Below, in pieces: positions 11,901 to 24,226 of a stretch of DNA of 64,000 nucleotides (the stretch's first letter is position 1; each line of letters opens with the position of its first letter). The stretch is from Octopus vulgaris (lineage: Eukaryota): the NCBI GenBank assembly GCA_951406725.2, contig OX597823.1:9362001-9426000 (forward strand), written 5' to 3'. A model generated the notes under the pieces. The model was not told the origin of the DNA, did no database searches, and worked only from the letters and a program-made list of their open reading frames with translations. Made by a program: the position numbers and the translations under genes.

Positions 11901-13327
11901 GGACGTCAATGTCTTATGCCTGTAGCAACACACAAGATATTTTGCGTCACAACAGTATGAGTTATTGCACAATAGAAAATCGGTTTGATAAAAATATACC
12001 TTCACATGAAACGAATAAATAGGCATGCTAACTAGACGCTTTACTTAGGCCTTAAGTAGACAGTCATATTTTTAAGAAGTCGGTTTTGTTTCAATCGTGT
12101 AGTTAAATTGTGATAATACTTAGAATTCGATATATTTGAAAATATACGTATATGTTCAAAATAAAGCTTATCTAAATTTTTAATACAATAATCTAAATTT
12201 TTTAAGTATAGTTTGTCATTATCTCCCTTCAGTGCTCATTATTTCCGCTTCTAAGAGTAATGTTCCAGGCGAACACTCTCACTTATAAAATAACAATGGC
12301 ATTCACTCGCAGGCGAGTATAACGTAATAGGATTAACCCAGTTTTAGCTGTTTTAGGTGGACATTCCTATCGTTGACCCCGCGGATTATCCAGTATACGA
12401 CAACACAAACATACACACACGCACGTGTACACTACACATACACACACACATACACACACACCCGCACGCACGAACGAACGAACATACACACACACGCACA
12501 CACAAAACTGTAGAGAACTACCCACTAGACACTATCTGGCAAAGTTGATAGTGCAAAGCACCAAGGTTGAGTCAAGATGAAACTAAATGATACATTGGGG
12601 CAGCGGATCTCACATTCAAGAGTCCTCACTGCAAGCCCAAACATTCGTTTATTAGCCCCGGTAGAAAATACGAAACAGCTTAGTCGAAGTTCTCGCGTGA
12701 AATAAGTCCGCACGAATTTAAACCTACCTATTGGTCTATAATAGCTAGTGTGCAATCATACAAGAAAAATAGTTCCAAGTCAATGATGTAGGGTGTCTTT
12801 TGTTTGAGAGAACAATTAAAAATTTTGATTCACGACAGTAACAGTGTGAACAAAGAAACTGAGCTGTTAGCGCCTTGCATTGCACGCGGCTAAGTATATT
12901 TCGTGTAACAAGCTTCTTTGAACACGCTCCTATATACAGTCACTGTTTTTCAAAAGAAAAATATTAATAAAAGCATTATTCAAAAGCATTTCTTTCAAAC
13001 ATTTCTAAAACAGCAATGGCATTTCATGATTTCGATCGTACGGAGTATAAGACGTATGGTGTATAAGACGGGAACCAGCAATGAAATAGAAAAAGGGAGC
13101 TCCAAGCAGCTTGCGCTCATATATATCTATATACAGAGAGGGGAGGAAAGAGAGATACAGAGAGCGAGAAAGAGAGAGAGAGAGAGTGAAAGAGAGCGAG
13201 CGAGAGAGAGCAAGTTTTTTGTTTCATATGGACATTCTTGGTAGATATACTGTACTTTTCTTTTACTTATATTAAATATACGATAATCCATATGACGTAG
13301 GTGTTTCATATCTGTAACCCAACTCAC

Positions 13328-13735
13328 GTATACTTTACGTTGTCGAGCAGTTACTGTTTACATCTCGTTCAAAGATTTATCATTGCTTGCAGACAGTTTT
13401 TCGAAATCAGTGACGGAAGTTATTAGAAAAACAATAAATATTTGCAAACAGGTCTCCCTTCATCGTAAACCGGTGATTGCCGTACGCCGAAGACAGGCAA
13501 ATACCTAGAAACTGCAGTCCGTGCGTATCACTTAGGTTTACGAGAGAGGGATGACCTCCCTTTGCAAATACCATAAGGGCACAGAAAGTGTGCCTAAAGC
13601 CAGCTGGAGACGATGATCTCCTGGGGCTAAAAGCTACAGTAACACCCACCCTTAGTGGTTAGCCATATTGAGATGGCTAGTATACTATACGTTGTCGAGC
13701 AGTTACTGTTTACATCTCGTTTAGAGATTTATTAT
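13328..13735. repeat. ~352-bp tandem unit (one unit plus a ~55-bp repeat), Helitron-related
   Basis: GTATACTWTACGTTGTCGAGCAGTTACTGTTTACATCTCGTT at 13328 and 13680. 13629-13690 matches the Helitron interior at 28999-29060. Confidence 0.75.
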
Positions 13736-13796
13736 TAACTCATTTAAAGTTTCACAGAAATTGAATAACTACGCTAACATATAACTTTATTCAAGA

Positions 13797-14195
13797 CTAG
13801 CAGTATCACCCGATGTTGCTCGGGTTTGTTTCGACGCTTTAGAATTGGAATTTTTTAAAAGGGAACATTTTGCAATATGTAGGTTGTTATTCTCTTTAAG
13901 TGAATATTTTTCTGGTTGAAATACACCGAAAAATGGCGACACAGCAGCAAAAAAAAATCGTAAAAAATAGGGATTTTCATAGAAAACAAAGCACCTTTTT
14001 GATATAATTAATTTTTGGTCTTAACATGGTCCAATTTGAATTTTATCTTCTACGGAATAAAGAGCAAGCCTTCTTCTATCATACTCTCAATTTTGGTCAA
14101 CTTGCGCCGCAAGGTCTCGGAGGAGATAGTGCTAGTTGAAGGCTACCAAACCTGCCACACACACACACAGACAACTTCAGCTTTATATAGATAGA
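13797..14195 (-). mobile_element. Non-autonomous Helitron, family H2
   Basis: Minus strand starts TC and ends with hairpin CCCGAGCAACATCGGG + GATACTG-CTAG, inserted at A|T. Homologous to 51752-52131. Confidence 0.85.
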
Positions 14196-14890
14196 TAACT
14201 TTAACATGTCGTTTTAAAAAGCTCTATTTTATAGAACATTTCACTTATGCAGCATCTTACTTAAATCTACAACTGATATATTACATTAAATTAATGGAAC
14301 ATACGATTTACTTCTCTCGCTAAATTCCATTTTAAAAAATATTTCAAAACTAGATCAGTAATTAGAGTTTTGTAAAATACAATGACATTGTGGGGAAAGA
14401 AAATAGATGTGGATATATTGGGAAATAACAACTACGCTCAACATGTTTCACTACCGTGTCTCCAATATTTATCATAGCAACCATGTGTAATGGTATTACT
14501 AGAAGTATAATTTAAGCATATGCTACAACATTAACCAGACGTTGCGTATGCGGACAGGAGGTGTCTGTTTGATATATTACATGTACGTGAGCAGCACAAA
14601 ATACCCTCACGATTCTTGATTAATGATAAATTTATCATCTGCCTATTCTCATTAGAATGCAGTTACTACAGCTGTTGTTGTTGTTTAACCACAGGTTTTC
14701 ACTGCGCATCTATGTTTAAGATAAATAGATATTCATTTTGTGAACATTCCGCCGTTTACTTTGGGAATTTTCTAATCCGTACTGTATCATCCAGGGTATC
14801 CCCTTTAAGACGATATGAATTTGTTCGATGAAAATTTCACAACTGTTTCGAGTAGGTCAAGAGATCATATAAAGCTTCCGTAATGTAATA

Positions 14891-15290
14891 TCTTTATATA
14901 TAAAGGTAAGGTTGTGTGTCTGTCCCCTACGATTTAGATTCCTAACTACTCCCACATTTTGCGGTGCAGTGTAACCAAAACCGGGTATCTTATAGTCGTG
15001 ATTCATATCGAGCCCTTCTGGGTATTAGCGCGCTTCTACGATGAGTCTAAGATTAAAAAAAAAATTACCATCAGTTTTTTTCCATTTAATGCATTTTTTT
15101 CGCTATTATATAAGGGAAGTAACTCTCTAAAAATGTCTACGGTGAGTCAACGATATAAAAAAAAAATTACCATGATTTTTTTTCCATTTTTAATGCATTT
15201 TATTTTGCTATTTTTTGGCTATAACACTCTAAAAATGCTTATATAGTTATTTCCCTTACAAACCCGAGCAACGCCGGGCGATACTGCTAG
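14891..15290 (+). mobile_element. Non-autonomous Helitron, family H1
   Basis: A|TC start, 3' hairpin CCCGAGCAACGCCGGG, CTAG|T end, no TSD. Contains a small internal duplication. Confidence 0.9.
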
Positions 15291-15669
15291 TTTAAAGATA
15301 ATTCAAAAAGGAATATGTCTTAATATAAACGAAAGGATATAGAATAATTTTATCATCATTTAGATTGTGGTGGCGGTAGTCAAACAACGATTTTTAGATC
15401 ATTTTTGAAAAGAGCGTCTTGGAGAGTAAAAACCAACCGTCTATGCTAAATACCAACTAAATTTCTGAATAATATAACATTAAGTGTACATTATTGTAGT
15501 TTTCGACAAAATTGTTAAATAGTATCGGATACGAGCTATAATAATTTCCGTCGAATCCCCAGAGCCTCAGAAGGATCACAGGAAAAGGCTGAATACTTGA
15601 GAGATGTAGAAGGATGTGTGATGCTTATATCTTCTGCTAATGCACCATATCAAAGAGTGATACACAATA

Positions 15670-15700
<31 letters not shown>

Positions 15701-15760
15701 CTTCTTCTTCTTCTTCTTCTTCTTCTTCTTCTTCTTCTTCTTCCTCTTACTATTATTTTG

Positions 15761-15900
15761 AAGGTGGTGAGTTGGCAGAATCCTTAGCGCGCTGGACAAA
15801 ATGCTTAGCGGTATTTCGCACGTGGCTCTGTTCTGACTTCAAATTCCGCCGAGGTTGACTTTGCCTTTATTCCATTAAGGGTCGATAAATCAAGTACCAC
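15761..15900 (+). mobile_element. SINE family B, 3'-truncated
   Basis: GGTGGTGAGTTGGCAGAA...TTCAAATTCCGCCGAGGTTGACTTTGCC. Confidence 0.75.
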
Positions 15901-16084
15901 TGGTAGTAGTAGTAGTAGTCGTTGTAGTTGTTGTAGTTATGTCCGTGATCTGGCAGAATCATTTGTCATTCAGGGTTTGAAATTCGTGATGCAGTTAAAT
16001 ACTTAGAAAATGAGTCCTTGTTTTTATTCTTTGACACTGGCATTGATGATTCAGGCAGAATTTTAGTTTTTTCCTCAGAAAAAA

Positions 16085-16700
16085 GGTTGGGATGATATGG
16101 AGGGTCATGTGTGCCCAGTCTATTTGCCTTACTTCATGACAAAAAAGAAGCCTCATATCGTGTTCTGTTTGCTGTGTGGGATTTAAGGGCAAATTGTCGA
16201 CTTGCGACCAGTCACATAGATTTTGAAAAAGCTCTCCATATTTCATTTCGTTCTGTATTTCCGCATTTAGAAGTCGTTGGGTATGTTTTTCATCTCGGAC
16301 AGTCTATTTGGCGAAAGATATGTGCACTTGGTGAGTGTAAGAGATACAACATGGATGAAAATTTTCGGGCTAAAAGTTAAGTGTTTTGCGCTTTAGCATT
16401 TTTACAAATTGAAGACCTTGACAATAGATTTGAAGATTTGTCTGATGATGTAAGCATCTCTTCTTAGTTTATCTCTTATGAGAATTCATACATTGGGACT
16501 GTAAGGAGACGAGGTATTCGTCGACGAAGAGAAACCCCACAGTTTGCTATCCAACTCTGGAATATATGGGACCGCATTTGAAATGACTTGCCAAGAGCAA
16601 ATAATTCGGTAAAAGGGTGCCGCAATGCTTTGCAGTCATCGATAACATTCACACTTCCAAATTTGTGCAATGCCCTTAACACTGAAGAAAGCGGACTACT
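16085..16700 (+). pseudogene. Decayed MULE (Mutator-like) transposase fragment
   Basis: PSLFALLHDKKEASYRVLF...DFEKAL...VFP...G.VFHLGQSIWRKI..LG...Y, then ALAFL, QLWNIWDR and PRANNSVKG (RTNN.vEG motif). Confidence 0.8.
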
Positions 16701-16735
16701 AAACCCAAGACTGCGAGTTCGATTCGAGGCAGTGA

Positions 16736-16944
<209 letters not shown>

Positions 16945-17080
16945 ATCGAAAACTACCTTAGGAATGAGAACCCAAGTTCGAAATTTCCCCAAAAGACCTG
17001 ATGAAAGTTGGAAGGTATATCAGTCGAAACGTTGTGTTAACAACAAGATGAGAACAAATATCTGTCAAATGTAAATAATG
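16945..17080 (+). mobile_element. Penelope-type terminal fragment with minimal hammerhead-like motif
   Basis: CTGATGA-A-AGTTGG...CAGTC-GAAAC-GTT at 16998-17033. Confidence 0.55.
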
Positions 17081-17305
17081 CATTAAACTTTTTTTCAAAA
17101 CCTTATTTTCATGTACTCGCCATCACTTGTATGTAAATATGTGAATAATATGCTATCTACAATGTATTCATATTACCTACAGGGAAATTTACCGTAATGG
17201 AATTTACCTAGAACCCTATCCGACTATAGCTCTCCACAATCTTTCCGGCCTTGTGCATATAGTAGAAACGATTAGTAATAGTATTAGTAGTGGAGTGGTA
17301 ACAGC

Positions 17306-17330
17306 AGTAGTAGTAGTAGTAGTGGTGGTG

Positions 17331-17385
<55 letters not shown>

Positions 17386-17425
17386 AAGTAGTGGTGGGGG
17401 GCTAGTAGTAGTAGTAGTAGAAGTA
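17306..17425. repeat. (TAG)n/(TGG)n microsatellite
   Basis: Direct observation. Confidence 0.9.
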
Positions 17426-18042
17426 GAAACTATCTGGATTTGCTTCTCCAATATTCTTGGTAATAAAATCCATAAATTCTCCCCGTAAATCTTTATCTTA
17501 CAATCTATTTATATAAATCTATATAAGATGAGCCTTGCAAATTATTTTAAATGTCCAAAATATGATAACATTGCGAGTGAAAGGAGTTAATTGTTTCGTC
17601 CAATACTTTAGCAGTTTGATTAAGGTGAAAAAGCTGGAATTGTTACTCGTCGTCGACGGCTTTATCTCATATCCGAAAATTAACTTTCTCCTGTGCTGAA
17701 ATCTTCTTTTATGGTGATGGCATTGATGACTCTGTAGACCAATTCTTGCATAGAATGGTCGATGGCATTGATTCCATGACGGCAATGGTGGAAGATGAGG
17801 TTGATTTTGTCGAGACTTTCTCTCTTGTCGTTAGATTTATTTCCTTTTCTCTTCTGGCGGCTTCGGTGTTTTTGGCTTTGATGGTGATCTAACACCGCCG
17901 CTTGTTACGGTCTTGGGTTTGTGTTTCAAACTTTTTAACCTCAAAACGAGTGGCTTTCAGGGTTGCTTGGTGTTGTTACTCCTGCTGAACTATTGTTTTG
18001 TCTCAAGTCAGCTTTCATCCAGTAGCTACTATGAACAATATC

Positions 18043-18274
18043 TCATTCTTTACAACCCACAAGGGGCTAAACACAGAGAGGACAAACAATGACAGACAAA
18101 CAGATTAAGTCGATTATATCGACTCCAGTACGTAAATGGTACTTATTTAATCGACCCCGAAAGGATGAAAGGCAAAGTCGACATCGGCGGAATTTGAACT
18201 CAGAACGTAGCGGCAGACGAAATACCGATAAGTATTTCGTCCGGCGTGCTAACGATTCTGCCAGCTCGCCGCCT
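18043..18274 (-). mobile_element. SINE family B, full length with TSD
   Basis: Full family-B sequence with TSD ATGAACAATATC on both sides. Confidence 0.9.
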
Positions 18275-19046
18275 TAAATGAACAATATCATTGAATGTTT
18301 ACCATCGCATCTTATCTAGACATTGTATATATCTCGGAATACATTATCAACCTTGAAGATTTTAAGGCGTAGGATATGATTAGAGGGAAATAGTTTCTAT
18401 TTACAGTAGGTTGGGCCCCAGGTTAGAGCTTGTATCGCCTCTTTGTTGTTTAGGCTTCAAGTGAATATCAAAACCAGGTTTACATCCCCAGCTACCAAAA
18501 ATTATATATTCCGGTACTGGTTCCATTTTTAGTAATAATAATGTACTTCTTGCAGTATTTTATGAGGAAAGAGCAGAAGTTCATGAGATAAATATTGTAA
18601 AAGGACACAAGGAATCTAACATTTGTAAGTCGTGCATTTAACTAGAAACAGGAAAGATAATAAAGATAATAAAGGAAAGATAAAGATATCAATATACGTT
18701 AACTTTCATTTCGGGTTTTCTTGTAATGAGATATCAAGTTAATCTTGTCTCTTCCGTATGGAAACTGTTCAAAGTAATTTGTTTTATTTATTGTTGTTTA
18801 GCCCTAGGTCAGCTCTGACTGAGTAAGACTGAGATGAAAGTAATTCCTCTCATAAGGTTCGCATCTTTTTGTATGTTAGTTCATCCAGCGTCCAACGTGT
18901 CCTTTGTGTGTGATTTGACAGTCATTTATCTACCATAGCTAGCAGTTCTAACAAGTGCATAGATACTCCTTCGTTGGTTCATTAGGGTAGTGATTTAAAC
19001 CACGTCGGATATGACGGATTATGCTTTTGATCAAAGGTATAGCATA

Positions 19047-19648
19047 CTTATTTCTATATTGCCCACAAGGGGCTAAACATAGAGGGGACAAACAAGGACA
19101 GGCAAACAGATTAAGTCGATTACATCGGCCCCAGTGCGTAACTGGTACTTAATTTATCGACCCCGAAAGGATGAAAGGCAAAGTCGACCTCGGCGGAATT
19201 TGAACTCAGAACGTAGCGGCAGACGAAATACCTATTTCTTTACTACCCACAAAGGTGTAAACACAGAGGGGACAAACAAGGACAGACAAAGGGATTAAGT
19301 CGATTACATCGATCCCAGTGCGTAACTGGTACTTAATTTATCGACCCCGAAAGGATGAAAGGCAAAGTCGACCTCGGCGGAATTTGAACTCAGAACGTAA
19401 CGGCAGACGAAATACCTATTTCTTTACTACCCACAAAGGTGTAAACACAGGGGGGACAAACAAGGACAGAGAAACAGATTAAGTCGATTACATCGACCCC
19501 AGTGCGAAACTGGTACTTAATTTATCGACTCCGAAAGGATGAAAGGCAAAGTCGACCTCGGCGGAATTTCAACTCAGAACGTAACGGCAGATGAAATACC
19601 GCTAAGCATTTCACCCGGCGTTCTAACGATTCTGCCAGCTCGCCGCCT
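19047..19648 (-). mobile_element. SINE family B concatemer (one head, three bodies)
   Basis: Three ~184-bp bodies with junctions at ~19231 and ~19415. Single TSD TTGAT(C/TG)AAAGGTATAGCAT. Confidence 0.9.
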
Positions 19649-20176
19649 TTGATTGAAAGGTATAGCATTCTATGCCCACCAGGACTATATATTCAGGCAT
19701 ATTTCATTGCAATCTCATGAAGCAATGTAATTTTTCACTTTGCTTTTTGGAGACGTGAGGGTGTGATTTAAAAGAGATTTGTAGCTATTTCAAGCATGTC
19801 CTCTTACGCGTTGGCTTGTTTATGTGCATCGTTGGAGGCTTTTCTCTCTCTCTCGTGTTAATTGTTAGTCCTTGAATTCAATAATGTTCTTCAATTCAAT
19901 AATACCATAGCAAAGATTTCTACGTACATTGCATCCTATACATACTACCAACAGGAAATCTCACGAAACAGACCCTCACGAAATAGTACTCTCACGAAAT
20001 AGATCTCACGAAAGAGATCCTCAAAAGTCTGAAATGGAAACCCAGGTACATTATGTAGTTCTAGGCACGCAAAAAAAATGGGATGGTCACAGTTGGAATA
20101 CCTTTGTTTATATCTATACTACGTCATTGCTAACAGGGTGCTCGGACTAGTGAAACATGAACGATAATAGATCCTA

Positions 20177-20221
<45 letters not shown>

Positions 20222-20280
20222 GGAGTATATGAAACAAGGAGGAAAAAAGAGTACTCAAATACCAGTGGTAGAGTAATATG

Positions 20281-20468
20281 CTTTATTTAAAGCAGCAAAA
20301 AATTCAACAAAACCTGTTACTCTGAGTTTCCCGTTGCCGTTCATCGAACCTGTTACTATGAGTTTCCCGTTGCCGTTCGTCGGTCAGGTTTAGCAAAAAC
20401 TTTCCGACGAACGGCAACGGGAAATTCAGAGTAACAGGTTTTGTAGAATTTTCTGCTGCTTTAAATAA

Positions 20469-20470
<2 letters not shown>
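20281..20470. mobile_element. Palindromic Penelope-type pseudo-LTR-like element with hammerhead-like cores
   Basis: ~66-bp inverted arms (20281-20346 vs 20404-20470) and an extra 36-bp tandem copy. Each copy reads YCGAYGA-ACGGCAACGG-GAAA-YTCAKAG-TA-ACAGG. Embedded in (AT)n. Confidence 0.7.
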
Positions 20471-20507
<37 letters not shown>

Positions 20508-21126
20508 GTATATAGTTTATGTAGTTTTTTGCCTTCACTCGTGATTTAATCGGGCTCTCTGTCGCTTTCTCTCCATGTACACACACACGCACACACACGC
20601 GCACGCATACGCACATGTAATGCAATTGTTGTTTATTTCCAACATTTTCTTTAGTAATAAAACGTTTCGAATATCGATCGATTATATGTAGATATATGAC
20701 GTTTGCGGACAGAAGAATATAGAGCGACAGCTGTTTAAGAGGACTTTATATCTTCATTTACTTTACGTCGGATAAAGACAAATAATAACGATTAGTTTAT
20801 TTACCATACTTTACCTTATTTAATAAATCTTCATATTACAGATATCTGATTTATAAGAATAAATTCTCCATAGCAATAATATACAAAAAAGTAATATCTT
20901 ACAAATATAATGAATATATATTGAAAATTTTCATACTGTTTTCGAGAAAAAATTGTTCTTACGAAACAACTTGTATTTTATAGTTCACTTTTACAATATG
21001 AATTACATAATATGATTTTATCACATGAAATAGTGAAAGGAAGAAGGTCGGCATCTTTTTTTTTTTCACTTCGGCGGGGTCTGTAGCACCAGTGGGAGTA
21101 CGAGAGTGATTATAATTCTGTATTTA

Positions 21127-21710
21127 GGGCGGCGAGCTGGCAGAAACGTTAGCACGCCGGGCGAAATGCTTAGCAGTATTTGGTCTGCCGTTACGTTCTG
21201 AGTTCAAATTCCGCCGAAGTCGACTTTGTCTTTAAAAGGCGGCGAGCTGGCAGAAACGTTAGCACTCCGGGCGAAATGCGTAGCAGTATTTGGTCTGCCG
21301 TTACGTTCTGAGTTCAAATTCCGCCGAAGTCGACTTTGCCTTTCACCCTTTCGGGGTCGATTAAATAAGTACCAGTTATGCACTGGAGTCGATGTAATCG
21401 ACTTAATCCTTTTGGCTGTCCTCTCTGTATTTAGCCCCTTGTGGGTAGTAAAGAAATAGGTATTTTGTTCGTCTTTAAAGGAGGCGAGTTGGCAGAAACG
21501 TTAGCACGCCGGGAGAAATGAGTAGCAGTATTTGGTCTGCCGTTACGTTCTGGGTTCAAATTCCACCGAGGTCGACTTTGCCTTTCATCCTTTCGGCGTC
21601 GATAAATTAAGTACCTGTTACGCACTGGGGTCGATGTAATCGACTTAATCCGTTTGTCTGTCCTTGTTTGTCCCCTCTGTCTTTAGCCCCTTTGTGGGTA
21701 GTAAAGAAAT
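21127..21710 (+). mobile_element. SINE family B tandem cluster (partial copy plus two full copies)
   Basis: Heads at 21127, 21238 and 21480. The whole cluster is flanked by TATAATT(C/G)TGTATTTA. Confidence 0.9.
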
Positions 21711-23364
21711 ATATAATTGTGTATTTATTCATCTGTAAAATAACGAGAAGGAAAAACAAAAATAAATAAATAAAAATATTCAATGCTGACTCCAATGGAA
21801 GAGTACGTCACCAAACAAAGCAATGAAAAAGCTAAACTGAACGAATCACTTTGCATGAAACAATTGAATGTAGACTGCACCCTGGTGGTGGATGCATCCA
21901 ATGGCCCAAAGATTAGTGTAAGGCCTCCTCCAGAGCTGAAATGTTGTACAACAAATTTAAGAGTACCAGAAATGTTTGTCGCACATCAAATGACTGCCCT
22001 GTAAATTAGTGATCGTTCTGTCGTCCCGCATGTAAAGGCATTACCTTGCTGGTCATGCAATGATTTTCATTAATAGAGGTGTCGTTTAAAATTAAACAAA
22101 ATACTGAGTTCAAGGGATGAAAAGGAAAAGTCGTATTTTAAAACGAGTGACGGATTAAGTTTCGTGCCAAGCAAGGGACGGGAATAATCGGAACTCTGTT
22201 GTTTCTGAAGACCTTCAGAGAAATTAGTTGTGATCCTAAGAACAAGCACAAAATGACAGAAAATATATAAAAACATTTATTAAATTTAATGGTTTCTGTG
22301 TATAAACAAACTAACTTCTAAATATATTCCAAGAAAATCTCAGAGAAAGGCTACAGCTAAAACATCTTTACATATAGTCTGGACATCATATTTCATACCC
22401 AAACGAAACCTTTCTGTGTGTTCGTCTATCCTCCGACGTCACAATAGTTGTCTGAAAATTCGCTAAGAGAGAATTTCTTCATAAATCTTAAGGTAACTGA
22501 TACATACGTTTTAAAAGTTCAGCAATTTCAAATTTCAATAGAAACAGTTGTAAAAAACAAATTTGATTTATTTTCCATAACTAGTCAACCAAAAGTACGT
22601 CTGGCATATCTATTTAGCATATCTAGTCCACCACCAACGAAACCATATTTGATACAAAATGAATAAATTGCTCGCTGTAAGTTGTGTCGGATTATAAAAT
22701 TTAAAGAATGAATTACTCTATTGTTAACTGATAACTTTGAAGACACATGAATAGCAAATCGGGATGTTATATAAGTCACGAGTTATCACTGAAAATTTAT
22801 TCATATAATTAAAAGATATTTATAGAAGATATATGACCATGCCTACACAAAATCTTAGACATATGCTAAAATATAGCTCAACTTCTCGTATAACAAAATA
22901 ATTTCGGAATTTTAAACTGTTTCACAGAAAATTTTCTGTTGGTAAAGATTTCGTTATAATATGAATTTATGTGTATCTACTTGCTCATTCGTCTTTCTAA
23001 ATAATTTTACTTGACATAAAACGACAGGAAACGAAAGACAGCTTTGCTGAGACATGCGAGATTTCTTATATAAAAGCCGTTTTAAATTATTTAAGTTCAA
23101 ACTGTTTTTTCCGTCAACGAATTTCTAGACAATATAAATTATGTAGACCGTGTATCACGATCTCTCCCTCCCTTTCTTTCTCTCTTACTGTAGTTTTCTT
23201 TCTTTCTTTCTTGCCTTCTTTCTTTCTTTCTTTCTTTCCTTCCTTCCTTCTTGCCTTGGTTCGTTTGTTCCTTCCTTCCTGGTTCTACTGTCCCTATCTC
23301 TTTCTTTCCTGTCGGTGTTTGTCTTTTACATGACATACAAGCAGGTACAGCCTCACTCAAGACA

Positions 23365-23405
<41 letters not shown>

Positions 23406-23430
23406 TATATTTTTTATGCATGTATATATA

Positions 23431-23494
<64 letters not shown>

Positions 23495-23713
23495 CATGTA
23501 TGTGTGTGTATGTGAGTGCGTGCGCGTGTGTATATATGTGCGTAAACATCTGTATGCATTCCTATGTTTCTCACCGCTTATGGAATCGGTAAGTTACACG
23601 CTTTCATAGAGTTTCGCTTTCAACGGTGGTAGAAATATACATATACATAATAGTTGGACAAGACATACGAACACGCATATACGCGCCCAAACATACAAGC
23701 ACACACATACATA

Positions 23714-24226
23714 CCGTAAATTCTCAAGTATAATCCACATTTTTTTTCCTAAAATTTAAAGGTCAAAATCCCTAGTGCGTATTATACACGAGGTTAAAAA
23801 TGAAAATTATTTTCTAAGCAATGTCCGAGTCTCTATTTGCTGTCCGGCAATGTTTATTCAGACGCATTTTGTGATGTCGGGTGCAAAAGTACCTTAAGCT
23901 AAGCCTGAAAGCAATGAAGTCATAAAAGAATCATCCATAACTTGCAATAAGCAACATTTATTAAACCTTATTACTGTTATTTTTTTTTATTTTCTGCAAG
24001 CAAAATGCGCAAAAAAGCTACACGTTTGCATTATGATATCTATACAATAATAATAAAGTACGTTGCTGTATACATTTTTACAAACCAAGGACTTTATATA
24101 GATCTCCTTGACTCAAGTTAGAGAAGGGATGCGTATTATACACAAGGTTTAGGTTTTTCAGGTACAGACCCCTAAAAATCCCCTGCATATTATACTCAAG
24201 GGTGGACTATACTCGAGGATGTACGG
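23714..24226. mobile_element. pogo/Tc2-like non-autonomous DNA transposon (MITE)
   Basis: TA|CCGTAAATTCTCAAGTATA ... TATACTCGAGGATGTACGG|TA imperfect TIRs, TA TSD and subterminal GTATTATAC repeats. Confidence 0.8.

Noticed and set aside
17680-17895. Possible start of a LINE APE endonuclease or a host exon (KINLIFHHCRHGINAIDHSMQEL)
   Set aside because: Similarity too weak, with no downstream catalytic motifs or clear splice context.
20311-20383. 36-bp direct repeat resembling a CRISPR repeat
   Set aside because: Two abutting copies with no spacers and no cas genes, in a eukaryotic context.
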